Assembly: GCA_030167865.1 (NCBI GenBank)
Contig: JALAGF010005348.1
Span: 1-62,477, forward strand
DNA from: Craspedostauros australis
Lineage: Eukaryota
Length of the DNA stretch: 62,477 nt
Direction: 5' to 3'
In this document: positions 1 to 10,950 of the stretch, piece by piece
Layout of the letters: each line of letters opens with the position of its first letter
How positions within the stretch are numbered: the stretch's first letter is position 1
Made by a program: the position numbers and the translations under genes
Notes under the pieces: generated by a model
What the model saw: the letters and a program-made list of their open reading frames with translations, nothing else
Database searches by the model: none
Told to the model about the DNA's origin: nothing

Positions 1-995
1 CAACTAGCGCTATCGTGGAGGAGGTGTGGGATGGTCTCATCGGAACACCTCAAAAAGAGACTAAACAATTCAAAATCGGAACAAACTTGCTGAAACGAAG
101 AACAGCAAAGGGTTAAGTTGGATCGATGTAGTCGTAGCCAAAGGGCTGAAACCCGAAAGAGATCGGAAAATATGNACATCCATCGGTCCATAAAACATAA
201 AATAGGAGCAATAGCAGAACCAAAATGGATCAGTATATGTTTTAGATCTATGAGGATTACGAATATGCGCTTAGTTTTTAAATCGGAGGAAAAAAGTATG
301 AAAGTTCATTTCAAACAGTTGGTCGACTCGCTCGAGGGGCTCTTAGTGACACAAGACCAAAAGACTTGTGCACAATAGATACTAGTCATGAATAGAGCCA
401 CTCAAGCAATCACATTGTCAGTCTCACCTACGAGTCGTGTTAACAGTCCGTCCAGTCATATTAGTCAAGACTAAAACTGAAGTCGGATGAGTCATTTTCC
501 AACTCGAAGTCTGATTAGTCAAGACTTGATCATGAAGAAATCTTTGCATAGTCGTACGACTATGAGCAGGATCATCGCCACCCAAACCCTGACCTCCATC
601 CTAAACGAGAAGCCTGGTAGAGAGTGGCACAGGTTTGGGAGAAGTGCATGCATGGGTCTTGAGATGCATGAATACTATTGACCAAGCGGTGCAGGCAGCA
701 GAAGAGAGAGAGCTCAAGTAATCATAATTTGGTTTTACATCAACAACAATATCAATCGTAAAAAGAACATCAATCGTCCACCAGCATAAGGCACAATGCA
801 CCACGAGCGACGAGGGCACAGCGGCTCACGATCACTGCAGTCCATCTCATTCCCCCTCTCTGGGAAGTGAAAGTGTTCATGATCACATCGGCAATCAGAG
901 TGATGGCAGCCTCCCTGGAGTTGTCATTGAGTGTGCATGACTTCTCTCTCATTTCCAACAGGGCCAATACGCCTCTTTTGAAAAGATCGCAAGTC

Positions 996-2498
996 TCATT
1001 CTGCTCGTGTCAAGTCCAACGTGTCCCACCACGCTGGAAGCGCAGCCTCCACATCTACGCGGTGCTCTGGTATGCTCAGTTCCGAGGCATGCAGGCAGAA
1101 CCATCGTGGATCTATCGCCCTATCACCATCCCCATTGATTTTGCGGATGGAGTCTCCGACGTCGCATGGCTTTGGTCCATACGTTATGTCCAACATAACG
1201 GGGGCGCCCAATGCTTCGGCTGCGTGGATTCGGACCTGATGCTTGCGCCCAGTGTTCAGATCGACCTTGAAGATTCCAATGCGCTCTCCCGTCCTTCGGA
1301 CAAAGCGGAACGTTGAGCTCGCTGGATGGTTCTGCACTGGATCGTCCACATGGATCGCATCCTTCGTGAGATCGTCGTCGTTTCGATCGTCAGGCAGCAC
1401 AAGCGCTGCAGTGTACACCTTCTTGGCACGTCGCAAAAAGAACGACGTGACCAGTCTGGCGTGCATGTCGTTGGTTTTGGCAACGATCATGCATCCCGAC
1501 GTGCCTCGGTCCAACCGATGCACGATCCCCATTGCCTCATGATTCAAGGTGGACATTCGTAGGTTCAGTGCCATGAAAGCATCTTCGAGGCTGATGTCCA
1601 CAGTATCTTTGCTGCCTTTGCGGCGACTTGCACCGCCCTCCTTTGATGGCTTGCGTTTCTTCCCGCCAGTCTTCCCGGCCGTCGTCTTCCGAGCATGAAA
1701 ACATGCGACGCCGTTGGGCTTGTTGATCACAACGTAATCATCCGTCTCGGTGAGGATGCTGAATTGATCACCGAGCATCGACTGAAGCTCGGGTGTCATT
1801 TCTGTGAAGCTCTCGGGCGTATGCTTCCTCTTTGCTGCGGCCAGCGCCTTGCGACGTTGACTCCCGGCCAGCTTTTTGCTTTGTCGACTTGCTTGATCCA
1901 AGATGGTATCGGCCTCATGTCGCAAAGAGTCGCTCCTTTGCATCGCATTGTACGCCAGCGAGCATGTCACCAGGTCTGCATCGATGGCTTTCTTGTTCTT
2001 GACGTCAGGATCGTTGTCGCTACTTGCATCGTCGATGGGAAATGCCCCAAAGAGCTCCTGCGCTCGGATGGCGCCCAGTGACGCATCTGGGGTCAGCGAG
2101 CACGACGCGATCAGAGAGTTCATCATGGACGCGACCGTTCCACGTCGCCCATCCGACGCCGCAATCACGTCATCCACGATGGATACCCAATCCCTGTCGT
2201 TGAGATCATTCGCGATGGCAATGATGCCGTCCGTTTCTCGTTCGGCGAATTCGTTCCGTAGCCGGTCGACCAGGGTATCTTGCGTTGACGTCGCACAACT
2301 CGGAGTATGCAATCTCGTGGAGCGCAACCATCCTCCGGCCAGGCGCGTGGCGCAGGGTGCCGATCGCTGGTTGTGTGGACGAGTATACAGCGACAGAGCT
2401 CTGCGGCTGTTGCCGGCGAAGAAGAGGAGCATCAGCGATGATTTGAGCATCGGTTGGCTTGAGCTGATCATGGAACACTCACAGCTGCCGTACTTCAT
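996..2498 (-). CDS. RluA/RluD-family RNA pseudouridine synthase, probably organelle-targeted, with an N-terminal helical (PPR-like) extension
   Basis: Motifs VVINKPNG, IVHRLDRGTSG (catalytic Asp), TGRKHQVRIH, GAPVMLDITYG and LHASEL. Hydrophobic N-terminus (MLKSSLMLLFFA). The start is uncertain, with ATGs at 2498, 2471 and 2450. Confidence 0.88.
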   Translation of the reverse strand: MKYGSCECSMISSSQPMLKSSLMLLFFAGNSRRALSLYTRPHNQRSAPCATRLAGGWLRSTRLHTPSCATSTQDTLVDRLRNEFAERETDGIIAIANDLNDRDWVSIVDDVIAASDGRRGTVASMMNSLIASCSLTPDASLGAIRAQELFGAFPIDDASSDNDPDVKNKKAIDADLVTCSLAYNAMQRSDSLRHEADTILDQASRQSKKLAGSQRRKALAAAKRKHTPESFTEMTPELQSMLGDQFSILTETDDYVVINKPNGVACFHARKTTAGKTGGKKRKPSKEGGASRRKGSKDTVDISLEDAFMALNLRMSTLNHEAMGIVHRLDRGTSGCMIVAKTNDMHARLVTSFFLRRAKKVYTAALVLPDDRNDDDLTKDAIHVDDPVQNHPASSTFRFVRRTGERIGIFKVDLNTGRKHQVRIHAAEALGAPVMLDITYGPKPCDVGDSIRKINGDGDRAIDPRWFCLHASELSIPEHRVDVEAALPAWWDTLDLTRAE

Positions 2499-2570
2499 TG
2501 GATGGAGGGTGTCGTGCAATTACGATCACGAGCACGAGTGCCTGTGCGGAAATGCAGATGGTGGAGATCT

Positions 2571-2597
2571 CTCACTCACTCACTCACTCACTCTCTC
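2571..2597. repeat. (CTCA)n microsatellite
   Basis: ctcactcactcactcactcactctctc. Confidence 0.8.
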
Positions 2598-3055
2598 AGC
2601 TGGGTGGCGTGTGATGCTGATGGATGGGGATGTCCGAACACTCCCACAGAACGAAAATGAGTTGATTGGTGTCGGCCATAACCACTTTGCTAATTCCACG
2701 AAACGTTTTTCCACGTTCAAATTAAACCCCACGTCAGCAGATTATTTCTTACTAAACGCTACGACTATTGTACCACCCACACAAAGACAACTCGCGCCAA
2801 AAATGCTTCATTCGTCGGCTCTCCAAACGGCGGTCATGTTCGCCGAGCGTCAAACAGTGCACTCTCTCCAATCGCAGTGGTGCCAGAACATGCGTGCGAT
2901 CCTTGACGAGCTGCTGTGCTATCATCATACAGGCAGGTTGCGCGTGGCATACTATTCAATCCATACAATGCACACCCTGCACAACATGCAGGCACGAGTG
3001 AAGTTAAGAGCCGTGTACTAGTAGTAGTAGTAGAGAGAAGGTGTACGCATATGTC

Positions 3056-6000
3056 CTAGCCAGCGGGCACTGGATTGATGAGTCTATTTTGGAAGCTGCC
3101 TTGAAGGAGGAAAGTGAAAGGGAGCTTATTCCGCTTGCACAGAACGATCAGATTCCACCACAGGGTGGCACGGATGTCTGCTTGGCCTCTCCACTCCGGA
3201 TCCAGGATGGCCTCGCCGCCGTTTTCTCCGGACACGAGCGGGTGCAGCTCCTTGCGCAGTACCCACGGCGACAGAAATTCGCAGTACAGCTGCGTCCCAG
3301 CCCCCTGCGAGCCCATGAAGGTTGGAGATGTGCACGAGACAGAGAACCGTGGCACGAATTTGTGGTTGCATTGAGGGCAGGTCGTGGTGAAGTCCTGAAA
3401 CTCGCAGGGCTTCCACCCGGCGATGATGTGCGATTCCTCCATGGCATTGGAGCATCTCGGGCAACTGTCACCGCTCAGATCGATGGACAGACCTGGATAC
3501 AAGAAATCCAGCAGGCTCTCACCAAGAATGATCTGCTTCTCCAAGTGATCCGACACGGGCAGCTTCTTCTTTGCCTTCCTCTTTTTGCGTCGTCGATAAC
3601 GACGGCGGCGGCGATTGTTGATTTCGGTCTGCTGCTTCTTGTGCGGTGTCAACCAATCGAGCATGGATGTGCTGATTGCGGACTGCAAGTAGCTTTCCCG
3701 ATTGGAGGTCACGGAAGCGCCATCCGACGACGCGTCGGACATGAAGTCGCTGCCTTCCTCGTCGGATGACGAGATGGCACCCGTCTGTGTCGTCGACGCC
3801 GTGGCGTCACCGCCCGCCGAGTTGAGCTTGCGCTTGAGGAAGGTCGCGTACGCATCCGATGTGCGGCTGCGCACGAATTGATCCCTTTTCGGCGAGTCCT
3901 TCGTCCCGTTGCCTTCGTGGTGCGCGAAAGCCTCCATGAAGCAGGTCAGGACCTCCTTGTCGGGGACCAGCCCTTCCTTCTTCATGGCGTCGATCAGTTC
4001 CAAGGCTCGCTTCGTGTCGCCGCAGCGACCGCAGGCAGCCATGAGCGATTTGAAGAGATCGCTATTGGAGGCAAGACCGCGTGCTTCCATGATTTTCAGA
4101 GTATCCATCGCCAAGTCCAGCTGGGCGGTGGCCACATCTCTGGCCTCCTCGTACTCAGCAACATGCTCATCTGTATCCAGGAGGCTCGTGCCTCGTTGTT
4201 CGTGAGGCGACAGCGTGAATTTGGAAATCACATCGTAGGCATGCTGCGCCTGCGTATTTATCTCGTCAATGTAGCCCTGCGGACATGGTGAGGTGGTGAC
4301 GTAGACCACTGCATTGCTCACGGCTCCTCCATCTGGACATGGCTCGCACATGGTGCGGAACGTCAGGTCATCCAAATTCGTTTTGGAGAGCTGGAAGACA
4401 TCATAGTCATCCTCCTTTTGCTCCTTGGTCTCGTCTGCGATGTTGGCGCCCTTGGCATCGGCTGCTTTCGCGTCAACCGCAGAAGTGGACGCGGCGTCGG
4501 TGATTGGACTGACAGTGGCAGCGTCAGTGGCAACAACAGCAACGGTATCAGTAGAGGTAGCAGCTGTATCAGAGGTCGCAACGGTGGCAGCAGTGACGCT
4601 GGTGGCAGAAGCGTTGATGCTCGGGCTGGTACCGAGGTGAAATGTTTCATCATCGACGATCGTCTCCATCTTGAGTTCGCGGCGTTTGCGTTGGAATTGC
4701 TCCCATTCCCGCCCGATCACGGCCGTGTAGGCAAAGAAGAAGACTGTGAAGGACATTGCCTCCTCCGACATGCTGTCGTAATCGCCTCCCAGGAACAAGT
4801 TCTTGTCGCCGTGCTCCTTCAGCGGCGACATGGCTCGCAGGTGTGAGACCAACGCGGCTTGTCGATCGAACTCCGCCGTGATCATCTTTGGAATTGGTCG
4901 CGGTTCCGCGAACAAGGTCTCATCGAACGCGTCAGGCCATGACTTGTACGTCGAGTGCTTGCCGTCGGTGGTGCTGTCGGTGAAGTGCTTCGGCAGATCG
5001 GCTTCATTCGGTTGGATGGCTTGGAACTTGGTGAGGGCCTTGTGTGTTTTGGCCGACTGCAAGAACGGCGTCTCGACCTTGCGCAGCTTCAACCGGCTCC
5101 GGTTCAGTTTGGCATCGATGCTTTGATCGAAGAAGATGATGTCAGGAAGCCCAGGGCTGTACAGGCGCTTGGTCATGAAGCTGTCGAATTGCTGCGTCAT
5201 ACACATCTCGGTGAGGAAGTCTTCGTATTCAGGTTTTTGGGATGCGATGAAGCCATCACGGTCGAAGGATCGTCGCATGCTCCAGGTCATCCATTCTGAG
5301 GATCCAGGGATGGGCGACAGGGGCGAATCATCCTTGGGCATGTCCAGGAACTTGCGATAGTCCTTGAGGACGGCAACGAAGAAACGCAGGAAAGCCTCCT
5401 GGACTGTATCCCACTGGCTCTGGTCCTTCATGATCGCCTCTTCGTCGACGATGTTTTCTGAATCCGGCGTGAACTGCAAGTTGAAGGCATGATCGTAGGT
5501 GTGGAGCTTCTCCTTCCATCTCGTATCGCCCTTGTCCCTGCACATCGACTTGAACTTCCAGAAGCTGAGCTTGTTGGACGTGACTTGCTTGTACTCCTGC
5601 TCGAGTCCCCGGGTCTTCCAGAACAGGTGCCCTGCTGTGTCCTCCAACGCCGATTGGAGCTTGGACCACTTCTTGCCTGGCAGCGGCGGCAGCGGAGGCG
5701 TTGCCTGTCCGAAGAGGAGGCTATTTCGATCCAAATCCACGACGATCGTCTCTTCGTTGAGGTTCTGCTGCGCGCACAGCCAATTGTCTCTCGTGACACC
5801 GCATAGATACGGCACGGGTGCATCGAGCATGGGACAGAGGAAACGCGGCAGCATCGGGACGTAGAGATGCGTCCATTCCATCGGGAAAAGCAGGGAGCCA
5901 AGGATCTCTGCACATATCGTCAGGAGGGAGTACTGGCTGCTGACCAGGAGGATCTTCCGTTCCATGACGAGGCAGTACCACAGATGGAGGATGTTCTCGG

Positions 6001-7411
6001 TGTCGAGACAATCGAAGAGCACCTGGTACGGCAACGCGACGTAGGCGATCGGCAGCTTCGCCGGAGGCGCCCAGAAGCGAATCGTGGAATCGAGGATGTT
6101 GATTCGAACTTCGAAAGCACCAGGTGGCGGTGCTGGGATTTCTGCGCACAGGTTCATGATGTAGCGTTCGATCGGAGCGACCATGACATTGGTGCTGGTC
6201 GCCAGGCGGTAGAGTTGGGCCAGGTACTCTCGGAATGCTCTGACGTATGGCCAGATGGAGAGAATGCAAAGGCATTTGGGTATGTAGACGGGAGGCGCTT
6301 CGGCGTTGACGGAAACCTCGACGTTGCCAGCGCTCGAAGCGTCGTGGATGAGGCTGGCCTGCCGCCATGGGTCTCCGGCAGACGGTCTGTACTCCTCGTA
6401 GAAGGTGAGGCAGGTGCCGTACAGCTTGCGTCCCTTGTCGTCGGTGAGGACAAAGTGCGACACCTGCGGCAGTTCGTACTTCATTGTCGGTTCCACGTGC
6501 TCGCCGTTGGGGAAGCAGAATTGCGTGACCATGGGATTCAAGGGACTTGCTTGATGGTCGGTAGAGGGGTATCGTGCTGTGATCCTGGGTTGGAACCTGT
6601 ATCCATCGACGGCCCCATTTGGCTTCCCGTCAGCACCAAGCCCAACATGGATGTTGCCGTGCGTCGTCGTCATTGCCGGTTCGGCAGATCTACTGCGCTC
6701 TTCGGTTATCGTGCCCGAAATGTCTTCCTCCTTGCTCCACTTGCCACGCGGTTTGGGTGGCTGGACAACCTCCTCTTCGAGCTGGTCGGAATCCTGCGTG
6801 TCGAGAGAAAATGATGCGTTGATGGCCTGCACACTGCCGCTGACCTCACGCTTGCGGAATGGATTCTTCATTGACTTCGACAGCTTCTTGGCGCTGGCCT
6901 GAATGGACCTCGAGAAGTCCATCGTTCCACCAAATCGCTCCTTGGTGGTTGTGCTGGGATTGTTCGCGTTGCCACCGCTCCTGTTGCTTCGCGCTGGCGT
7001 TCGCAGCGTGGCATCGGACACCTCATTCTTCGGTCGCTTTGATGTGGTGCCTGGTTGTTTCTGTGGCTGTGTCTTCGACTGCCCCTTGGACTGCATCTGA
7101 TTTGGTTTCGTGGAACGCACGTTCAGTCTGGATGGCGTCGAGGGTGTTGGCGTTGCTGGTGCTGGAGACAGCAGTTGTTTGCGCTCTGATTTGCTGCTGG
7201 CAACCGAGCCTGTCGTTGACACCGACCGACGAACTCTCTGCGGCGTGGTGAGCTTGTCTGCCTTCTTCGGCGTGGCCAGAGTTCGTTGCGGAGCGCAGCT
7301 GATCACCAGGAAGTACTCCACCAGCCTCTGCACTGATGTATCATTGCTCGCGCTGCTGTTCAGGTTGCCGGGCGTCGACACAGCGCCATGATCCGCTTTG
7401 TGTTCCGACAT
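3056..7411 (-). CDS. DENN-domain Rab GEF, DENND4/CRAG-like (uDENN-cDENN-dDENN, PPR motifs, C-terminal Cys-rich region), single exon
   Basis: uDENN: RLVEYFLV..., FCFPNG, HFVLTDDKGRKLYGTCLTFYEE. cDENN: PKCLCILS, ERKILLVSSQ, LLFPMEWTHLYVP, LDAPVPYLCG, VVDLD. dDENN: VQEAFLRFF...TQQFDSF. PPR: FKSLMAACGRCG...MKKEGLVPD. C-terminus: CPRC...CPQCNHKFVPRF, FLSPWVLRKEL. The first ATG is 7411; the track start at 7543 is GTG. Confidence 0.9.
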   Translation of the reverse strand: MSEHKADHGAVSTPGNLNSSASNDTSVQRLVEYFLVISCAPQRTLATPKKADKLTTPQRVRRSVSTTGSVASSKSERKQLLSPAPATPTPSTPSRLNVRSTKPNQMQSKGQSKTQPQKQPGTTSKRPKNEVSDATLRTPARSNRSGGNANNPSTTTKERFGGTMDFSRSIQASAKKLSKSMKNPFRKREVSGSVQAINASFSLDTQDSDQLEEEVVQPPKPRGKWSKEEDISGTITEERSRSAEPAMTTTHGNIHVGLGADGKPNGAVDGYRFQPRITARYPSTDHQASPLNPMVTQFCFPNGEHVEPTMKYELPQVSHFVLTDDKGRKLYGTCLTFYEEYRPSAGDPWRQASLIHDASSAGNVEVSVNAEAPPVYIPKCLCILSIWPYVRAFREYLAQLYRLATSTNVMVAPIERYIMNLCAEIPAPPPGAFEVRINILDSTIRFWAPPAKLPIAYVALPYQVLFDCLDTENILHLWYCLVMERKILLVSSQYSLLTICAEILGSLLFPMEWTHLYVPMLPRFLCPMLDAPVPYLCGVTRDNWLCAQQNLNEETIVVDLDRNSLLFGQATPPLPPLPGKKWSKLQSALEDTAGHLFWKTRGLEQEYKQVTSNKLSFWKFKSMCRDKGDTRWKEKLHTYDHAFNLQFTPDSENIVDEEAIMKDQSQWDTVQEAFLRFFVAVLKDYRKFLDMPKDDSPLSPIPGSSEWMTWSMRRSFDRDGFIASQKPEYEDFLTEMCMTQQFDSFMTKRLYSPGLPDIIFFDQSIDAKLNRSRLKLRKVETPFLQSAKTHKALTKFQAIQPNEADLPKHFTDSTTDGKHSTYKSWPDAFDETLFAEPRPIPKMITAEFDRQAALVSHLRAMSPLKEHGDKNLFLGGDYDSMSEEAMSFTVFFFAYTAVIGREWEQFQRKRRELKMETIVDDETFHLGTSPSINASATSVTAATVATSDTAATSTDTVAVVATDAATVSPITDAASTSAVDAKAADAKGANIADETKEQKEDDYDVFQLSKTNLDDLTFRTMCEPCPDGGAVSNAVVYVTTSPCPQGYIDEINTQAQHAYDVISKFTLSPHEQRGTSLLDTDEHVAEYEEARDVATAQLDLAMDTLKIMEARGLASNSDLFKSLMAACGRCGDTKRALELIDAMKKEGLVPDKEVLTCFMEAFAHHEGNGTKDSPKRDQFVRSRTSDAYATFLKRKLNSAGGDATASTTQTGAISSSDEEGSDFMSDASSDGASVTSNRESYLQSAISTSMLDWLTPHKKQQTEINNRRRRRYRRRKKRKAKKKLPVSDHLEKQIILGESLLDFLYPGLSIDLSGDSCPRCSNAMEESHIIAGWKPCEFQDFTTTCPQCNHKFVPRFSVSCTSPTFMGSQGAGTQLYCEFLSPWVLRKELHPLVSGENGGEAILDPEWRGQADIRATLWWNLIVLCKRNKLPFTFLLQGSFQNRLINPVPAG

Positions 7412-10400
7412 TCTATCGTGCTGTTCAGGTGGTGCTGAGAATGCGATCGGGTCGGCAGCAGCGTTGTGGTTTGTCCGTCCCCTTTTTGCCTTGGTTGGTG
7501 TGTTGCTTCTGTTGCACCCTTCTATTGGCACTATGTGTTTCACTGTTCTTTTGTCGTCTTCCGTCGTCTCTTCAGGTTTTCCGCCTGCACTTGTGCAATG
7601 TTGTCTTCTTGAAGCTCCTCACAAAGTCTTCCTCCACAATGACGCGCAGCTCTTCGTCAATTGAATTCGAGGGAAAGTGCCCTGTCTCTTGGTACGAGTG
7701 TCGTGTTGTGGAGCGTCCTGCTCACTCTTCCGATCTGCTTGTATTGTCTAATATAGTCGAATAGTACAATAGGTTGCTCTCCTGTCTCAAGAATTGCTTG
7801 AAATTGTGCTCATCTCGTCCTCTGGTGTGCACCATCATGTGAATGGCCATCTCCTCACCGTTCGTCCGATCCTCGTGATGTTCGATGTTCCATGTGCGAT
7901 GCCCGCAAGCGCTTTCGTTGACACCACACTTTGTCGTGTGGGGTGGATTGTCGTTGATTTTGATCGGGGAAACACAATTACGAATTGCCGGCCGGTTGGT
8001 GGTGGGCCGTGCCCGCTCGCTGTGCGTCAAGGAACCACAACCCATCAACGGACGGAGGCACGTAATTCAAGATGCCATTGGAAGTTGCGACCGTTATCCG
8101 TTAATGTTGTGTTGGAAATGAATACAATTCAATGATCAACTGTTTTCTTCCTTGTGATCGTTCGAGTCGATGGACAGGTATCACTTGAAATCTAGAGAGG
8201 GAGAAATGTGATGCCATTCTTGGAAAAGCGGAATTGTGGTGTGGTCTCAACGCGGAATGCGCAGACGAGAAGTCGTGCCCGCTTCTTACGCAAGAAGAAT
8301 GGGAAACCCGAATCCAGAGATGAAGTTGTGTTATCGGTTCTGGGTGCGGGCCAGCCAAGCAAGGAGAATGAGCTCGTTCCGAATTGAGCAATCGGTGGAG
8401 GGGCCGTTGAGCGATGAGGTTTGGATTGGATTGGTCTGCAGGGTACGTTCGGCACGCACGGCACGTGTAGGTAACGGGAGGGGTGGACAAGTTACATGGC
8501 TGCGATGAACTCGATTGTTCGGCAGGTATGAGTGTGTGGGGGTTCGGAGGCACGGCCATGGTGATTAGAAATGTGCGCTTGGACGATGGCATGATCGTGA
8601 ATGCGGGTGTTGTTCTTGTTCTTGTTCTTTTCGTGTCTGAAGCGACGCTGATGTTTCACATTATGGTTTGGATGATGATGATGTTGGTGTTGGCGTTGTT
8701 CCTGCTCAACGAATTGATACGAACCATCAACACCAAGGAGATGAACGAACAAATGAGATGCCTGATGGATGGATGAGTCCCATACACTGTGCTGCGATGC
8801 AATGCAATACTCTGATGGCACATCGAATACCATATAGTACGCGTGTGGTGCTCCCAACCTTCAATCACAATTGCCTCCTCTGTGCCCACAAGAAACAAAC
8901 AGCTCATCCAACGACAAAAACTGTTTTTCCGTTCTTCCTCCTCCCAGTCCCGCGCGTGGTGTGCCTCACAGAGCGAAGAAAGATCGCGCCTTCGCCAATC
9001 GGCGCATCCACATTCACAATTGATCAGAAGGCCCCATCACATGTCCATCGGCTTCTCTCTGTGGGCGCAAAGAGTTCTCCTCGTCTCCTCATTCAGGCGT
9101 CACTTGCACGTCCGACATGTCCCTGAAACAAAATTGATCCTCACAATTTGGCATTGCAACAACAACAACAACAACAACGACGACGACGATCGCGATGTGC
9201 ATCGCATTTCATCCTGGCTCATGAAGGCCGCAACCATCCCATGCACAGACATCAAACTTCGTCGTCTGCCGAGGGCATGAGGGGCAAGGCAGGTGCATGT
9301 CGCTTGAGCGAAGTGGAATCACGAACAAGCAAGAAAACAAACAGAACCATCACTCCCTCCACACGAGCACTCTATCCGCGCACAAACACGCTGCTGGCAC
9401 AGCGGACACATGCGCGAAGTCCGTCCAATGTACCATATCACTGTCATCTCGGGATCAGCAACTCCACCAAGGGTCTGATAAAGTGATTGGAACATGCTGT
9501 AATAGAATACCATACTCCACTGTGCTCCAACGTCCCGATGGACATCTATTCTGTTTTGAGCAAGTGGATTTGTTGTGCACAAACCCGGTCTCACTCGTAT
9601 GAGTAGTCGTACCACACACCAACACGAAACGAAGTGACGACTGTGTAGAGCGCCGTGCTTTCACCGTACCAGTTCCAATTTTATGTGCACGGGTGCGACC
9701 AACGAGCACGAGTGTGCGGACGAGGACGAGCTGCGTGGATGAGGAGTTCCAACCAACACGCACAGCGCACACAGAAGCCGCAAAGCGTGGTTGTGCCAGC
9801 GCGATCGTGTTTCGAGTTTTTGTTTTGGCGCGACACGTCCGTACGTCAACCGGTGGCGAATGACACACGGCGCGCCGTTGTCGATGTTGTCACTGCTGTC
9901 TTTGTGCGACATGCTTGGTAGATCAGCAGCGAAATCGATGAAAAGAGGACAACGACAGCAAAAGGGAATCTCACCACGAACCAGAAACAGAAACAGCAGC
10001 AACGACCACCAACATCAAACGCAACGGCGGACGGCAATGGAGTTTTTTGAGGCTGAAAGCGGATGCATCCAGATGAAACATAGCGCACAGCGAGTTCGAT
10101 AGAGAGCCATTTGAGGTGGTACTTGAGTCCAAGGTACGATGGAAAATTCGCGCAGACCGCAGGGTGTGCGTCGTCGTTCGTGGGCGGGCGGGGGATGCCT
10201 TGGTCATGGTTTCGCTTGGGTTTTGTATCCGCATGGTCTGGTTTTGCGCCATTATCGTTTTTGGCGTGCATTTGTCGCGGTGATCATGTGGGGAATGGGA
10301 AGGACAGAAGAAGAACGAATGGAATAAATCAATCAATCATTTTCGGATGGAGTTTTCGTCATGTCCCAGGTGTTCACCAGCCACCCCCGATGGCCGTGGA

Positions 10401-10950
10401 GACAGGATCGGCGGCCATCGGGAATACCCAGCAGTATCTTCCCAAGCAGCGCTCGTACCTGAACTTCCAACTTCAAATACGAACAAGAGCACGAGCATGA
10501 GTACGAGTACGAGTATTTGGCAAACACGAGACCGACAAATAATACCCACGGGCGGCCACATTTCGTATCCCGACCAGACCTCCTCCACCCTCTCGGTCTT
10601 CTTGTGGGCCTTGCTGGGGTCTACGAGCTGCGACTTGCACCACACACAATTAGTTCGGCGCGTGCATCGAATGCTTGGCCTCATTTTTGCTCACGCAACA
10701 ACTGGTTCCCCACGAACTCCACTCGTTTTCTCCCTTTCGTACACTCGCAACACACTACTTCAGACCACCATCCTTCCTTCCCTCTGTTCACATTTGATCA
10801 CGTCCTACACACAACCCATCGTAGTAGTACGGCCTTGTTACATCGGTTGCGTTGGTTGCATTGGTCACACCCAAGCAGACAGCAGCAAAAACAAACACAA
10901 ACTAACAACAACAACAACAACAGCCGCCATTCCTCGTATCAACAGCGACG

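Noticed and set aside
1903..3021. 372-aa plus-strand ORF
   Set aside because: Antisense to the pseudouridine synthase and runs through a microsatellite and promoter. It has no protein-like features.
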